DNA from: Eledone cirrhosa
Lineage: Eukaryota
DNA length: 64,000 nucleotides
Reading direction: 5' to 3'
NCBI GenBank assembly: GCA_964016885.1
Contig: OZ024755.1
Coordinates: 38,254,001-38,318,000, forward strand
The notes below the pieces were generated by a model. It did not search any database. It saw nothing but the letters and a program-made list of their open reading frames with translations, and had not been told where the DNA came from. Made by a program: the position numbers and the translations under genes. Shown piece by piece: positions 62,190-64,000 of this stretch (positions are counted from its first letter, which is position 1; every line of letters begins with the position of its first letter).

Positions 62190-64000
62190 AGTTACGGTGT
62201 ATAGACATTTAGTTTTGGTGTATAAACATAGGGGGTATAAACATACTTATGATGTATAAACATAGTTATGATGTATAAACACAGTTTTGATGTATAAACA
62301 TAGTTTTGGTGTATAAACAGTTTTGGTGTATAAAGATAGTTTTGGTGTATAAACAGTTTTTATGTATAAACATAGTTTTGGTGTATAAACATAGTTATGC
62401 TGTATAAACAGTTTTGGTGTATAAACATAGTTTTGGTGTATAAACAGTTTTGGTGTATAAACATAGTTTTGGTGTATAAACATAGTTTTGGTGTATAAAC
62501 AGTTTTGGTGTATAAACATAGTTTTGGTGTATAAACATAGTTTTGGTGTATAAACATAGTTTTGGTGTATAAACAATTTTGGTGTATAAACATAGTTTTG
62601 GTGTATAAACAGGTTTGGTGTATAAACATAGTTAGGGTGTATAAACATAGTTTTTGTGTATAAACATAGTTATGGTGTATAACATAGTTAGGGTGTATAA
62701 CATAGTTATGGTGTATAACATCTAGTTAGGGTGTATAACATTTAGTTAGGGTGTATAACATCTAGTTTTGGTGTATAACATCTAGTTTTGGTGTATAACA
62801 TCTGGTTTTGGTGTATAACATCTAGTTAGGGTGTATAACATCTAGTTAGGGTGTATAACATCTATTTTTGGTGTATAACATCTAGTTAGGGTGTATAACA
62901 TCTAGTTTTGGTGTATAACATCTAGTTAGGGTGTATAACATCTAGTTAGGGTGTAAAACATTTAGTTTTGGTGTATAACATCTGGTTTTGGTGTATAACA
63001 TCTAGTGTTGGTGTATAACATCTAGTTAGTGTGTATAACATCTAGTTAGGGTGTATAACATCTAGTTAGGGTGTATAACATCTAGTTTTGGTGTATAACA
63101 TCTAGTTTTGGTGTATAACATCTGGTTTTGGTGTATAACATCTAGTTAGGGTGTATAACATCTAGTTAGGGTGTATAACATCTAGTTAGGGTGTATAACA
63201 TCTAGTTTTGGTGTATAACATCTAGTTATGGTGTATAACATCTAGTTTTGGTGTATAACATCTAGTTAGGGTGTATAACATCTAGTTAGGGTGTATAACA
63301 TCTAGTTTTGGTGTATAACATCTAGTTAGGGTGTATAACATCTAGTTTTGATGTATAACATCTAGTTTTGATGTATAACATCTAGTTTTGGTGTATAACA
63401 TCTAGTTAGGGTGTATAATATCTAGTTTTGGTGTATAACATCTGGTTTTGGTGTATAACATCTAGTTTTGGTGTATAACATCTAGTTAGGGTGTATAGCA
63501 TCTAGTTTTGGTGTATAACATCTAGTTTTGGTGTATAACATCTAGTTAGGGTGTATAACATCTAGTTTTGGTGTATAACGTCTAGTTTTGGTGTATAACG
63601 TCTAGTTAGGGTGTATAACATCTAGTTTTGGTGTATAACATCTAGTTAGGGTGTATAACATCTAGTTTTGATGTATAACATCTAGTTTTGATGTATAACA
63701 TCTAGTTTTGGTGTATAACATCTAGTTAGGGTGTATAATATCTAGTTTTGGTGTATAACATCTGGTTTTGGTGTATAACATCTAGTTTTGGTGTATAACA
63801 TCTAGTTTTGGTGTATAACATCTAGTTAGGGTGTATAACATCTAGTTTTGGTGTATAACATTTAGTTTTGGTGTATAACATTTAGTTTTGGTGTATAACA
63901 TTTAGTTTTGGTGTATAACATCTAGTTTTGGTGTATAACATCAAGTTTTGGTGTATAACATCTAGTTCTGGTGTATAACATCTAGTTTTGGTGTATAACA
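62190..64000. repeat. 16-20 bp minisatellite running off the window end
   Basis: GTGTATAACATCTAGTT(TTG/AGG) units; older TAAACA variants at the left end. Confidence 0.95.

Overview
AT-rich, repeat-dense eukaryotic DNA, probably from an octopus or other coleoid cephalopod (inferred from SINE/RTE types and microsatellite load). Most of the window appears intronic. On the + strand I can support a small coding exon (1067-1230) and a 3.7-kb exon (39726-43400). Their splice phases are compatible, and from memory they resemble invertebrate CAP/SORBS adaptors. The rest consists of tRNA-derived SINEs, RTE, CR1-like and R4-like LINE remnants, hAT/piggyBac/Tigger-like MITEs, and many minisatellites, several amplified from pieces of retroelements. 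The main finding is about 15 hand-foldable minimal type I hammerhead ribozymes from several unrelated-looking families. Most sit in short non-coding elements bounded by (TA)n, often foldbacks, that share a GAGTRCT tail motif; this suggests non-autonomous Penelope-like or retrozyme-like elements. Nearly all other ORF-track entries are repeat artefacts. All calls were made by eye and coordinates may be off by a few bases.
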